Of a stretch of 64,000 nucleotides of DNA, positions 31,595 through 42,043 are shown in pieces. A program made the translations under genes and the position numbers. How positions within the stretch are numbered: the first letter of the stretch is position 1; each line of letters begins with the position of its first letter. The DNA is taken from contig OY760937.1 of NCBI GenBank assembly GCA_963664225.1, forward strand, positions 800,001 to 864,000, written 5' to 3'. The DNA is from Verrucomicrobiia bacterium. Lineage in GTDB: Bacteria > Verrucomicrobiota > Verrucomicrobiia > Limisphaerales > UBA1319. A model generated the notes under the pieces. The model had not been told where the DNA came from, ran no database searches, and worked only from the letters and a program-made list of their open reading frames with translations.

Positions 31595-32030
31595 TTAATA
31601 CACCTTCGCCGATTGCAAATCATGGCTGTCTCAAAGCATTGCATCGTCTTGACCATTCTTATTTCGGATTTCGGGTTGAGGCGATGCGGCGAAAGTACGG
31701 CATAAAGGGCACGGGCACCGTCCAAAAGTGGGCTCGCAAGTACGGCAGGGGCGATTTAGGAAAGGTCATACGCGTGGAAACACCTAAAGAATTCAATGAA
31801 CGGGATCAAATGAAGAAGCGAATCAAGGCTTTGGAGAAAGCGTTGGCCGATGCGCACATCGATCTGGCGATCGAGCGTGCCACCATCCAAGTGGCCTGCG
31901 AACGGGCGGGGATTAAGGATGTGGCGGAGTTCAAAAAAAAAGTGGCTGGGAAATAGCCCATTGTGCGGTCAGGGGAGGTTCGGCGGATCAGGAGGTGCCG
32001 GTCAAAGGGGTGTGTCGCCGACTGGGGATG

Positions 32031-33467
32031 GGGGCTGTAAAAATAATTGTGTAAGTGGCCTGAGAGAGATGAAAGGATTAACGACATGGCCATTACCGAT
32101 GAAGTGCTAAACGAACTGCTTAAAGATTATCAGAAGCCCGAAGATTTATTGGGCAAGGATGGGATCTTCAAGCAACTGCAGAAGCGGCTGCTGGAGAAGG
32201 CAATGGGAGCGGAGTTGACGGTGCATTTGGGTTACGACAAGCATGACCCGGCGGGCCGCAACTCGGGCAACTCGCGCAACGGCACCAGTCCCAAGACCCT
32301 CAAGGGAGAGTTTGGTCACCTGGAGCTGGCGACGCCCCGGGATCGCAATGGAACCTTTGAGCCGCTGATCGTGGCCAAGGGGCAACGCCGGTTCGAGGGA
32401 TTTGACCAAGCGATCCTCAGTCTGTATTCGCGTGGCATGACGACGCGGGAGATTGAAGGGCACCTGTTGGACATATACGGGGTGGAGGTGTCGCCGACTC
32501 TGGTCTCGCAAGTGACCGAGGCGGTGTGCGCCGATGTGAAGGTCTGGCAGGACCGACCACTGGAGGAAGTTTACCCCATTGTCTATTTTGATGCGCTCTG
32601 GGGCAAGGTGCGGCAGGACGGTCAGGTGGCCAAGGTGGCGGTGTATCTGGCGCTGGGGATCACGATGACCGGGCAGAAGGAGGTTCTGGGCATGTGGGCG
32701 GCTCACAGTGAGGGGGCCAAGTTTTGGCTGCATGTGCTGACGGAGCTTAAAAACCGGGGAGTAAAGGACATCTTTATTGGCTGCGTGGATGGGATTAAAG
32801 GCTTCCCTGAAGCGATGGAAACGGTCTTTCCGGCGACCCAGGTGCAGCTCTGCCTGGTGCACATGGTGCGTAATTCGCTCAGCTACGTGGGATGGAAGGA
32901 GCGCAAAGCGGTGGCCGCCGATTTGAAGGCGATTTATCGGGCGGCGACGGTGGCCCAGGCCGAGCAGGCGCTGGAGGCTTTTGCCCAAAAGTGGGACAAA
33001 AAATACCCATCGATCAGCAAGAGTTGGCGGGCGCACTGGCCGGAACTGATCACGTTTTTGAAGTATCCTGAAGAGATCCGCAAAGCCATTTATACGACCA
33101 ATGCGATTGAGTCGGTGAACCGATCGCTGCGTAAAATCACCAAGAATCGGGGCGTTTTTCCAAACGAGGAATCCCTGCTCAAACTCTATTATCTGGCGCT
33201 GGAACGGGCGGCCAAAAAGTGGACCATGCCCATCCACAATTGGGGCCAGGCGCTGAACCGATTTGCCATTGAATTTGGGGACCGGATGCCCCAGTTGGCT
33301 TGAGCCGCCATGAAAACTGGATACGCAAGCCCATTTAACCGCAGGGGGCGCGAGCTAAGGCTCAAAGCTCGCCCCCTGCTGGTTCTATCTCGCTGCGAAA
33401 ACGCAGGGAGTCATAACAACAAAAAACAAAACTAAAAAATCACTTACACAGTTTTCTTTACAAAACC
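32031..33467 (+). mobile_element. IS256-family insertion sequence
   Basis: Imperfect 27-bp IRs GG....GTAAA..AA.TGTGTAAGTG; 8-bp TSD TGGGGATG (32023-32030, 33468-33475). Confidence 0.95.
32086..33303 (+). CDS. IS256 (Mutator-type) transposase
   Basis: NSRNG, PRDRNGTFEP, YFDA, VDG.KGF, QLCLVH, IYTTNAIES. Confidence 0.95.
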   Translation: MAITDEVLNELLKDYQKPEDLLGKDGIFKQLQKRLLEKAMGAELTVHLGYDKHDPAGRNSGNSRNGTSPKTLKGEFGHLELATPRDRNGTFEPLIVAKGQRRFEGFDQAILSLYSRGMTTREIEGHLLDIYGVEVSPTLVSQVTEAVCADVKVWQDRPLEEVYPIVYFDALWGKVRQDGQVAKVAVYLALGITMTGQKEVLGMWAAHSEGAKFWLHVLTELKNRGVKDIFIGCVDGIKGFPEAMETVFPATQVQLCLVHMVRNSLSYVGWKERKAVAADLKAIYRAATVAQAEQALEAFAQKWDKKYPSISKSWRAHWPELITFLKYPEEIRKAIYTTNAIESVNRSLRKITKNRGVFPNEESLLKLYYLALERAAKKWTMPIHNWGQALNRFAIEFGDRMPQLA

Positions 33468-34489
33468 TGGGGATGAGCCGCCAGAACTTCTATGCGGGGC
33501 GCACGCGGCGGATGCGCAAGAAAGTGGAGGGCGACCTTGTGGCCGATTTAGTGCGTCAGGAGCGCAGGAAGCATCCGCGGATCGGGGCGCGAAAGCTCCA
33601 CAGGACGATCAAGCCAGCCCTGGAAAAGGCCGGAGTAAAAATGGGGCGGGACCGCCTGTTTGAAGAGTTGCGAGAGCGGGATTTGCTGGTGCCGCCGCTG
33701 CCCCGGCAATGACCCCAGACAACCCATTACAATCCCAGTTTGCCGGTGTTTCACAATGAGATCAAGGAACGGGAGGTGAAGCGGGCCAATGAGGTTTGGG
33801 TGGCGGATATGACCTATGTGCGGACCGACGAGGGTTTTTTATATGTGTCGCTGATCACGGATAAGTATTCGCGCAAGATCGTGGGTTTCCATGCCGATGA
33901 GACGCTGGAAACCAGGGGGACGCTTGAGGCGTTGGAGATGGCGCTGGCGGCACTGCCCAGGGGATTCAATCCGATCCATCATTCGGATCGTGGCTGTCAG
34001 TATGCCAGTCATGAGTATGTGGATCGGTTGAAGTTGGGCGGCCTGTCCATCAGCATGACGGAGGAGGATCATTGCGCGGAGAATGCGATGGCCGAACGGG
34101 TCAACGGCATCCTAAAGCAGGAGTATGGCATAGGGTATGGATTTAAGACCAAGGCGCTGGCGCGCAAAGTAATCAGTCAGGCTGTCAATCTCTACAATAC
34201 GCGCCGATTGCATACGGCATTGAATTACCAGGTGCCCGAGGCCGTTCACATCCGGGGAACCGTCGAGTATAACTAAGAAGCCATACCGGCCTGAGAGGGG
34301 AGGGTCCGCGCCACAGTGCCCCTTCGGGTCCACTACGGCATTGGCACTTCGTGCCAAAGCCTCCGTTCCCCCGAAGGGGCACTGCTCTCCTCCTGAAGGT
34401 GTGGGACAGTAGGAAGATTCCCTCCGACCGGAAACCGAAAGAAATAAGACTCAGGAAAAAGTGACAAATTTAAACCAGGACTTGACCGG

Positions 34490-36790
34490 AGATTTCGGGA
34501 GTCGCGGGAGGAATTGGGTGGTTTGGAAGTTGGATAAACATGGCGCTCCGCTGGAGCTGGGAGGAAATTGACAATGGGAAATCGGTTGGGTTTGGGGGTG
34601 CCGTTTGCTATAAACATGTCGCCCCGCTGGGGCTAGAAAACGCAGGTGAGGACAAGAATCTACGACCCCTGCCGGGGTCGGGTTCGAATGCGTGGGGATT
34701 CCGGGGGTGTCGGTCGCGGACGACCTCAACCACCCGGCTAATCGCTTGTATCCCTCCGGGATGGCTTTGATAAACATTTCGCCCCGCTGGGGCTAAGAAA
34801 CGCACGTGAGTACAGGACCGCCAAATGGACTGACTGGACTGACAATTGGCTGTGGATTTCAGGGCGTTTGGCTTTGATTCAACCCTTTCAGGGTAGGGGA
34901 TTCCTGGGGGGGCGATTACCCCGGGTAGGCCTCGGCGGTCAACCCGGGGCTGAGTGATTGCATCCCGTTCCGGGTTGCCGGTCAGGACGTTTTAGTAGGA
35001 GTGGCCGGCATAATGGTTCGCCCATGGTGGTTCGGTGTTGGACTCAGATGGACCATGAAAAGGGTGGGGGAATGCGGACATGGGTCTGTGAATATTAAAT
35101 GTTTCAATCAAGGCAGGGGAGTGTCTGAAATGGTTCTCGCCTCGTTTGTGTCCATTCAGGTTCTGCTGCGAAAGAGAAGACATGCGTCATTTGGCATCTA
35201 TAAACATGACGCTCCGATGGAGCTTGGGAATTGGTCGTGGGGGTGGCGATTGCTATAAACATGTCGCCCCGCTGGGGCTAAGAAACGCAGGTGAGGACAA
35301 GAATCTGCGACCCCTGCCGGGGTCGGGTTCGAATGCGTGGGGATTCCGGGGGTGTCGGTCGCGGACGACCTCAACCACCCGGCTAATCGCTTGTATCCCT
35401 CCGGGATGGCTTTGATAAACATGTCGTCCCGCTGGGGCTACGAAACGCAGGTGAGGACAGGACCGCCAAATGGACTGACTGGACTGACCATTGGCTGTGG
35501 ATTGCAGGGCGTATGGTTTTGATTCAACCCTTTCAGGGTAGGGAATTCCTGGGGGTCGATTACCCCGGGTAGGCCTTGGCGGCCAACCCGGGGCTGAGTG
35601 ATTGCAACCCGTTCCGGGTTGCCGGTGAGGAGGTTTTGGCAGGAGTGGCCGGCAAAAGGGTTCGCCCATAGTGGTTCGGTGTTGGACTCACGTGGACCAT
35701 GAAAAGGGTGGGTGAATGCGGACATGGGTCTGTGAATATTAAATGTTTCAATCAAGGCAGGGGAGTGTCTGAAATGGTTCTCGCCTCGTTTGTGTCCATT
35801 CAGGTTCTGCTGCGAAAGAGAAGACATGCGTCATTTGGCATCTATAAACATGACGCTCCGATGGAGCTTGGGAATTGGTCGTGGGGGTGGCGATTGCTAT
35901 AAACATGTCGCCCGCGCTGGGGCTGGGAGGAAATGGAAAATGGGGCGAAGGGGTTGGTCTGGGGGTTGGAATTGGTAGTGGGGGTGGCGTTTGCTATAAA
36001 CGTGGCGCTCCGCTGGGGTAAAGAAACGCAGGTGAGGACAAGAATCTGCGACCCCTGCCGGGGTCGGGTTCGATTGCGTGGGGATTCCGGGGGTGTCGGT
36101 CGCGGACGACCTCAACCACCCGGCTAATCGCTTGTATCCCTCCGGGATGGCGATGAGAAACATGGCGCTCCGCTGGGGCTGGGAGGAAATGGAAAATGGG
36201 GCGAAGGGGTTGGTCTGGGGGTGCCGCTTGCTATAAACATGTCGTCCCGCTGGGGCTAGAAAACGCAGGTGAGGACAAGAATCTACGACCCCTGCCGGGG
36301 TCGGATTCGAATGCGTGGGGATTCCGGGGGTGTCGGTCGCGGACGACCTCAACCACCCGGCTAATCGCTTGTATCCCTCCGGGATGGCGATGAGAAACAT
36401 GGCGCCCCGCTGGAGTTGGGAGGAAATGGAAAATGGTCAATTGACCGGAAGATCGCGGGAAGAATTGGGCGGTTTGGAAATTGGATAAACATGGTGCTCC
36501 GCTGGAGCTGGGAATTGGTCAGGGGGTGGCGCTTGCTATAAACATGTCGCCCCGCTGGGGCTTGGGTTTTGTCGTTGTTCGATTTCTATAAAAATGTCGC
36601 CCCGCTGGGGTAAAGAAACGCAGGTGAGGACAAGAATCTACGACCCCTGCCGGGGTCGGGTTCGATTGCGTGGGGATTCCGGGGGTGTCGGTCGCGGACG
36701 ACCTCAACCACCCGGCTAATCGCTTGTATCCCTCCGGGATGGCTTTGATAAACATGTCGCCTCGCTGGGACTGGGAGGAAATGGAAAATG
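34490..36790. repeat. Non-coding REP-like palindrome array
   Basis: About 16 same-orientation copies of ATAAACATGTCGCCCCGCTGGGGCT-like units; five ~160-bp modules with CGACCCCTGCCGGGGTCG and ATCCCTCCGGGAT; ~645-bp tandem duplication. Confidence 0.9.
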
Positions 36791-36968
36791 GACATCTGGG
36801 GAAGAGCAATTTACATGGATGGGAAGGATGAACAGGATTTTTGACCGCGGATAGGACGGCGTTTTAAAGGGGTTTTCAGTTTGGGGAAGTTTCTGTCCTG
36901 AATCCACGAATCCGGGCGGTTGCAGGAAACGCTTGCGGAGTGGTGCGGGCTGGGGAATAGTCGCGGGC

Positions 36969-37556
36969 ATGACCAAGTTGCGCCTTTTGATGTTGATTTT
37001 GGTGGTGGCCGCCGCGGGCATTTTGGGCGTGGTGGCGGGTTTGGTGGGCGCCCGGATGTTCTTCCCGTCCAGCACGGTTCGGGCCTACAACAGCAGTCTT
37101 TTGCTCAAGCAGATTCAGGCGGTCAACCAGTTGGTGACGGTGAAGTATGTGTTGGAGAAGGTGGTGGTTCTGGAGGACGTGAAGTGGTATGGGCAGAGCC
37201 GGGTGTTGATGCTCGCCCATGGAGTGGTGAAGGCTGGGGTGGATTTAAAGCAGGTGAAAGCGGGGGATGTGAGTGTCTCGGGGGGCAAGATAGCGATTCA
37301 ATTGCCGCGGCCAGTGATCACGGATGTCTATCTGGATGAGCGAAAGACGCAGGTGATCGAGCGTTCAACGGGTTTGTTGATGCCCTTTGACAAGGATCTG
37401 GAGCAGAACGCGCGCAGGATTGCCGTGGATGAGATGAAGGCGGCGGCGCGATCCAGCGATATTTTAAACGACGCGCAGGAACGCGCGTTGCAGCAAGTCA
37501 AGGCGCTGTGCAGTCAGTTGGGCTTTTCGGACGCCGAGGTGACTGTGGGACGATGA
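36969..37556 (+). CDS. DUF4230 family protein
   Basis: N-terminal TM; G.VKAGVDL, LP.P.I, ILNDA. Confidence 0.85.
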   Translation: MTKLRLLMLILVVAAAGILGVVAGLVGARMFFPSSTVRAYNSSLLLKQIQAVNQLVTVKYVLEKVVVLEDVKWYGQSRVLMLAHGVVKAGVDLKQVKAGDVSVSGGKIAIQLPRPVITDVYLDERKTQVIERSTGLLMPFDKDLEQNARRIAVDEMKAAARSSDILNDAQERALQQVKALCSQLGFSDAEVTVGR

Positions 37557-38244
37557 TGTTCCAAGCGCCCAAAGAAACGGCTCCAGCGGCTTTCGGAGAG
37601 TCGCAGACGCAGTTTGACCAGGTAGAGGCCTTCGCCTGTCTGCCCGGGAATTCTCGCGCTTATTGAGGCGAGCTTTGTGGTGCGGCTGCCCTGGTAGAGG
37701 AGGGAGATGCGCCCATATCCAACCCGATATTCCGAGGTGGGGGTTTCCGCCGCATCCGGGCTGGAATAAAGCATTTCCCGGCGTTTCCTGTGAAGGAACT
37801 GCCATTGCCGTATTTCCTTATTTTGGCTGAGCGATTGCATAATGACCGATTGACCCATCTTAAGAATTAAGCGGTGCCAGGCTTGCCACGCCGCAGTGCA
37901 CCGATTCAATACGACAGGTGAAGCAAAAATAAGGCCACGTAACGTTTTTATGGGCAGTTTGTATGATTTTTTGCCCGTAAACCGACTGGATCGTTGAAGA
38001 TTCCGCTTCTGACCGGCTTTAAACAACCTTTGAAATGGATGAAACGAGTGGTTTTGCGCGTTGGAGAGTGATTCTGCCGCAGGGAGGCTGATCCGGGATT
38101 GTCTTGTTTTGGCACAGGTTCTCCATTCGTGAATTCTGGCACCTGTTTTGCCAACCCCTGATTTTTTTCGATTCTTTGGCACGTTTTCCACAGGAAATCA
38201 CGCTTGGCAGGGGGCTGGAATTTTGGTTAGCTATCGCTGCTTAA

Positions 38245-40428
38245 ATGAAATACTTACGCCCCATGGGTCTGGCCGGCATGATGCTGGGCGCGGTCGTGAA
38301 CGTTCACGGCGCCCCGGAACAGTCGGTTTGGGAGGTTGAGTCCCTGAATGCGGACAGTCCGTTTGAGTTCGATCTCCAGCGGCAAACGCTGGTGGCGACC
38401 AACGGCGCTGTGGTGACGTATCACGATGTGAAGCGCGGGGACATTGTGCTGACCGCGCAGCACATCCAGGTCAATCAGGTTTCCGGCGACGCGGTGGCGG
38501 AAGGGGCGGTGAATCTGCGATCGGACAATCAATTGTGGATTGGCCAGCGGCTGCAGTATAATTTCATCACCAAGCAAATTCAGGGGGACGATTTTCGCAC
38601 GGGCCTGGCTCCGTTTTATGTGAAAGGCCAGAACCTTACGATGAGTCTGACGAATCAGACTTATTCGGCCACCAATGCGGTGATCACGACTGACGATGTG
38701 GCGGAGCCCGGGTTTCAGGTGCGCGCCCGGAAGATTACGATCATTCCCGGCAAATCCGTGAGCGCGCGGAATGCGGTTCTCTATGCGGGGAACACGCCGA
38801 TCATGTATTATCCGTACTACGAGCGGAAATTGCATGCGCATCCGAATAACTGGGTGCTGGAGCCGGGCTATCGAAGCCTCTACGGGCCGTATTTGCTGGC
38901 GAAGTATAATTTTTATCTGCTGGATCATTTCACGACCGGCATCAATGTCGATTACCGCATGGACCGTGGTTTTGGCTACGGACCCGATTTTTCGTATGAC
39001 CTGGGCAAGGTGGGGAAGGGGGATTTCCGGTTCTATTTCACACACGATAAAAAGCCGGATAACGATCCGAATGGGAAGCCGATCAAGGATGACCGGCAAC
39101 GGGTCAGCTTTAATCATCTGGTGGAAGTGGGCACCAATTTCACGGCGAAGATCGTTCTGCGCGAGCAAAGCGACGCCTACATCATCCGCGATTTTTACGA
39201 GGACGAGTACCGCAAAAACATCCAGCCGTCATCGTATGTCGAGGCGACGCAGTTGTGGAGGAATTGGAGTCTGGATATTCTGGCGCAACCGCAGGTCAAC
39301 AGTTATAATGAGACCGTCGAGCGGCTGCCTGATGTCAAATTGACAGGGATTCGGCAGCAATTGGGTGTTTCTCCGTTTTATTACGAGAGCGATAGTTCGG
39401 CGGGTTATTTTCGATACAAATTTGCGGACGATTATCTGCCTGAATATTCGGCGGCGCGGGCGGATACCTACCACCAAATCGTGTTGCCGAAAAATTTCTT
39501 TGGCTGGCTCAATGTCACCCCGCGCGTGGGCGGGCGGTTCACTTACTACAGCGAAGCGGATGGGCAGAACACGAAAACCGACGAGCAGTATCGGACGGTG
39601 TTCAATACGGGCGTGGAGTTTTCAACCAAGATGTCCAAGGTTTTTCACGAACCGCGCAACCGGTTTTTCGACATCACGGAGTTGCGGCACATCATGGAAC
39701 CGTCGGTCAATTATGTGTATGTGCCCGATCCAAGTGCCGCGCCCAGGGAGCTGCCCCAATTTGACAGCGAACTGCCCAGCTACCGTTTAATGCCGATCGA
39801 GTATCCGGATTACAACAGCATCGATTCGATCGACAGCCAGAACGTGATTCGTTTCGGTTTGAGGAACAAGCTTCAAACCAAGCGCAAAGACAAGATCGAT
39901 AATGTGGTGAACTGGGCGCTCTACACGGATTGGCGGGTGCGGCCGCGCAGCGATCAATCGACCTTTGCGGACATTTATTCGGACCTCGATCTCAAGCCCC
40001 GGCAGTGGATGACGCTGACCTCTGAGACCCGTTACGATGTGCAAAACGAGCACTGGCGGATGGCGAATCATTATCTGACCCTGCAGCCCGCCAACGATTG
40101 GAGTTGGTCGGTGGGGCATCGTTATTACCGCACGGATCCCACGTTCGCCGGTTACAATCTGATCATGAGCCGGTTCTATTACCGGCTGAACGAGAATTGG
40201 GGCGTGCGTGTATCGCATCATTTCGAGGCGCAGGACGGTGTCATGGAAGAGCAATACTACAGCGTGTATCGCGATCTCAGGAGCTGGACGGCGGCGCTGA
40301 CTTTCCGGGTGCGGGACAACCGCGGTGGATCGGACGATTACATGGTTGGGCTGACCCTGTCGCTGAAGGCGTTCCCGCGCTTTGGAATGGGATCGGACAG
40401 CGACATTCCCTGGACCCTGTTGGACTAG
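38245..40428 (+). CDS. lptD: LPS-assembly protein LptD
   Basis: Signal peptide, OstA-like beta-jellyroll N-terminus, ERLPD, LRHIMEP..Y.YVP, beta-barrel pattern. Confidence 0.8.
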   Translation: MKYLRPMGLAGMMLGAVVNVHGAPEQSVWEVESLNADSPFEFDLQRQTLVATNGAVVTYHDVKRGDIVLTAQHIQVNQVSGDAVAEGAVNLRSDNQLWIGQRLQYNFITKQIQGDDFRTGLAPFYVKGQNLTMSLTNQTYSATNAVITTDDVAEPGFQVRARKITIIPGKSVSARNAVLYAGNTPIMYYPYYERKLHAHPNNWVLEPGYRSLYGPYLLAKYNFYLLDHFTTGINVDYRMDRGFGYGPDFSYDLGKVGKGDFRFYFTHDKKPDNDPNGKPIKDDRQRVSFNHLVEVGTNFTAKIVLREQSDAYIIRDFYEDEYRKNIQPSSYVEATQLWRNWSLDILAQPQVNSYNETVERLPDVKLTGIRQQLGVSPFYYESDSSAGYFRYKFADDYLPEYSAARADTYHQIVLPKNFFGWLNVTPRVGGRFTYYSEADGQNTKTDEQYRTVFNTGVEFSTKMSKVFHEPRNRFFDITELRHIMEPSVNYVYVPDPSAAPRELPQFDSELPSYRLMPIEYPDYNSIDSIDSQNVIRFGLRNKLQTKRKDKIDNVVNWALYTDWRVRPRSDQSTFADIYSDLDLKPRQWMTLTSETRYDVQNEHWRMANHYLTLQPANDWSWSVGHRYYRTDPTFAGYNLIMSRFYYRLNENWGVRVSHHFEAQDGVMEEQYYSVYRDLRSWTAALTFRVRDNRGGSDDYMVGLTLSLKAFPRFGMGSDSDIPWTLLD

Positions 40429-40499
40429 TTGGACTAGCCGAGGCGGCTGAACGGGTGAAAGCCCCGGCTTCAAAGGCGAAAATGGGTTAGATTGCGCCA

Positions 40500-41375
40500 G
40501 TGGAAAACGAGCAAAAAATTGATAACCGACTGGCCGCCGTGCTAAATCATTCACGCGTCTTCAACGAGTCGCTCTACGTCTATCCCGTGATTTCACGCCG
40601 GTCCCGCGGCTTGTCCGTGGGGGTCAATCTCAATCCGGACAAGGTGTGCAATTTCAATTGCGTCTATTGCGAGGTGGACCGAGTGACGCCGCCCCGCATC
40701 CGGCATGTGGATCTTAAGATCCTGCGCGAGGAGTTGATCCGCCTGGTGCGATTCATCAAGGACGGGGAGCTGGCGCGGGCGCCGAGGTTTGCGGACGCGC
40801 CGGAACTGGCCATGGACATTCGCGATTTCGCGTTCAGCGGGGATGGCGAGCCGACCATGGTGATGAATTTCGACGAGTGTGTTCAGTTGGTGGTGGACAT
40901 CAAACAGGCGGAGAATCTGCCTCAGGCCAAAATCGTGTTGATCACGGATGCGGCCGGCCTGGACAAGGCATCGGTGCAGCGTGGTCTGGTCCTCATGCAG
41001 GCGCACCAGGGCGAAATCTGGGCCAAGCTCGATGCGGGCACGGAGGAGTATTATCGCCTGGTGAATCGCTCGCACATTCAATTCTCGCGCATCCTGAACA
41101 ACATTCAGACGACGGCCCGCACGCGGCCCATTGTGATCCAAACCCTGTTTTTGAAGATCCGTGATGCCATGATGCCCCGGGAGGAGCTTGATGCTTACTG
41201 CGGAAGATTGCGCAATATTGTCGAGCAGGGCGGGGTGATTCGCGAGGTGCAGGCTTATACGGTCGCGCGACCCACGCCTGAGGCCTTCGCGACCAAACTC
41301 GACTTGGCGGAGTTGGAGGAAATCGCCCGGATCGTTCGGGAACAAACCGGATTGACCGTTCTCACCTATCCGTGA
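40500..41375 (+). CDS. Radical SAM protein
   Basis: CNFNCVYC, FSGDGEPT, YPVISRRSRGLSVGVNL. Confidence 0.9.
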   Translation: MENEQKIDNRLAAVLNHSRVFNESLYVYPVISRRSRGLSVGVNLNPDKVCNFNCVYCEVDRVTPPRIRHVDLKILREELIRLVRFIKDGELARAPRFADAPELAMDIRDFAFSGDGEPTMVMNFDECVQLVVDIKQAENLPQAKIVLITDAAGLDKASVQRGLVLMQAHQGEIWAKLDAGTEEYYRLVNRSHIQFSRILNNIQTTARTRPIVIQTLFLKIRDAMMPREELDAYCGRLRNIVEQGGVIREVQAYTVARPTPEAFATKLDLAELEEIARIVREQTGLTVLTYP

Positions 41376-41419
41376 AAAACGGACGGGAATAGGGTCGGCG
41401 CATCAGGAAAGCGAACATC

Positions 41420-41725
41420 ATGAATAAGCCCAATGATTCGGATCATCCGATTTATTTGAAAGACCGCCGGCTGTTGATGCTTGCGGTCATCACGCTCGTC
41501 GCGTCCGTCACGTTTCCCATTGGCATCGTGTTTCATGGCTCGCCGTTGCTTGGCCTTTTTGGGGTTTTTGGGCTGTTTGCGGGTCCGACTTATCTGTTTC
41601 TGGCGCTGTGGGAGTATTTTCGATACAGGAAAACCTGGAAAATTCTTGCGGCTGCTTTTCTGCTGGCGCTGGCCACGGTGGTCGCCTGGGGGACCGCCAT
41701 CCTGTATCTTTTTAGAAGGATTTAA
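41420..41725 (+). CDS. Small three-TM hypothetical protein
   Basis: Three hydrophobic helices; AGGA upstream. Confidence 0.6.
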   Translation: MNKPNDSDHPIYLKDRRLLMLAVITLVASVTFPIGIVFHGSPLLGLFGVFGLFAGPTYLFLALWEYFRYRKTWKILAAAFLLALATVVAWGTAILYLFRRI

Positions 41726-42043
41726 TACGGGCGAGAAAATGGAAGAAAAGAGTTAACCACAAAAGTATCAGAGCACAGAGGTCGGCGAATTGAACATGGA
41801 CGGACAGGATGGGGGAGGAAAAGAATTACTTGGATGAGAGCCAGAGCGCATGACAAAATGCTTTCGCAATTCTCTCCGGATCCACGCTCGTGCCAATTCA
41901 CGTTTGGGGCGAGAGAGAAGAATTGCGCGTTCAGATCTTCGGGTGGACTGTGTTCATTCGCCCCATATACTTCCATGTCGTTTTAGAGGCTAATTCGGCT
42001 CTTTGAAGAATTTTGTCCTGCAACCAACTTCCGCCATGGAGGA

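Larger units (their letters stand above)
28002..31675. mobile_element. 162-bp MITE copy 2 (28002-28086 + 31599-31675) expanded by IS1380 and intron
   Basis: 16-bp perfect IR CCCGAAATCCGAAATA; TSD TTGAG at 27997-28001 and 31676-31680; only one TTGAG at the empty site in the intact IS3. Confidence 0.92.
27900..34276 (+). pseudogene. IS3 transposase orfA/orfB pseudogene
   Basis: orfA split at 28001/31681; orfB split by IS256; TGG>TGA nonsense at 33710-33712 relative to the intact copy. Confidence 0.9.
27872..34487 (+). mobile_element. IS3-family element copy 1, inactivated by nested insertions
   Basis: Matches the intact copy at 52507-53998 once the inserts at 28002-31680 and 32031-33475 are removed; IRs GGTCCCGTCCT..TTGTCACT / AGTGACAA..AGGACTTGACC. 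Confidence 0.93.

Noticed and set aside
34490..36790. CRISPR array
   Set aside because: Units are degenerate and irregularly spaced, the intervening sequences are themselves repeated, and there are no cas genes.
34451..36809. Repeated ORFs such as MFIKAIPEGYKRLAGW
   Set aside because: Translations of non-coding palindromic repeats with inconsistent starts and stops.
37514..38191. 225-aa minus-strand ORF
   Set aside because: No recognisable motif, and it overlaps the DUF4230 end and the lptD upstream region; a shorter ORF from about 37840 cannot be excluded.
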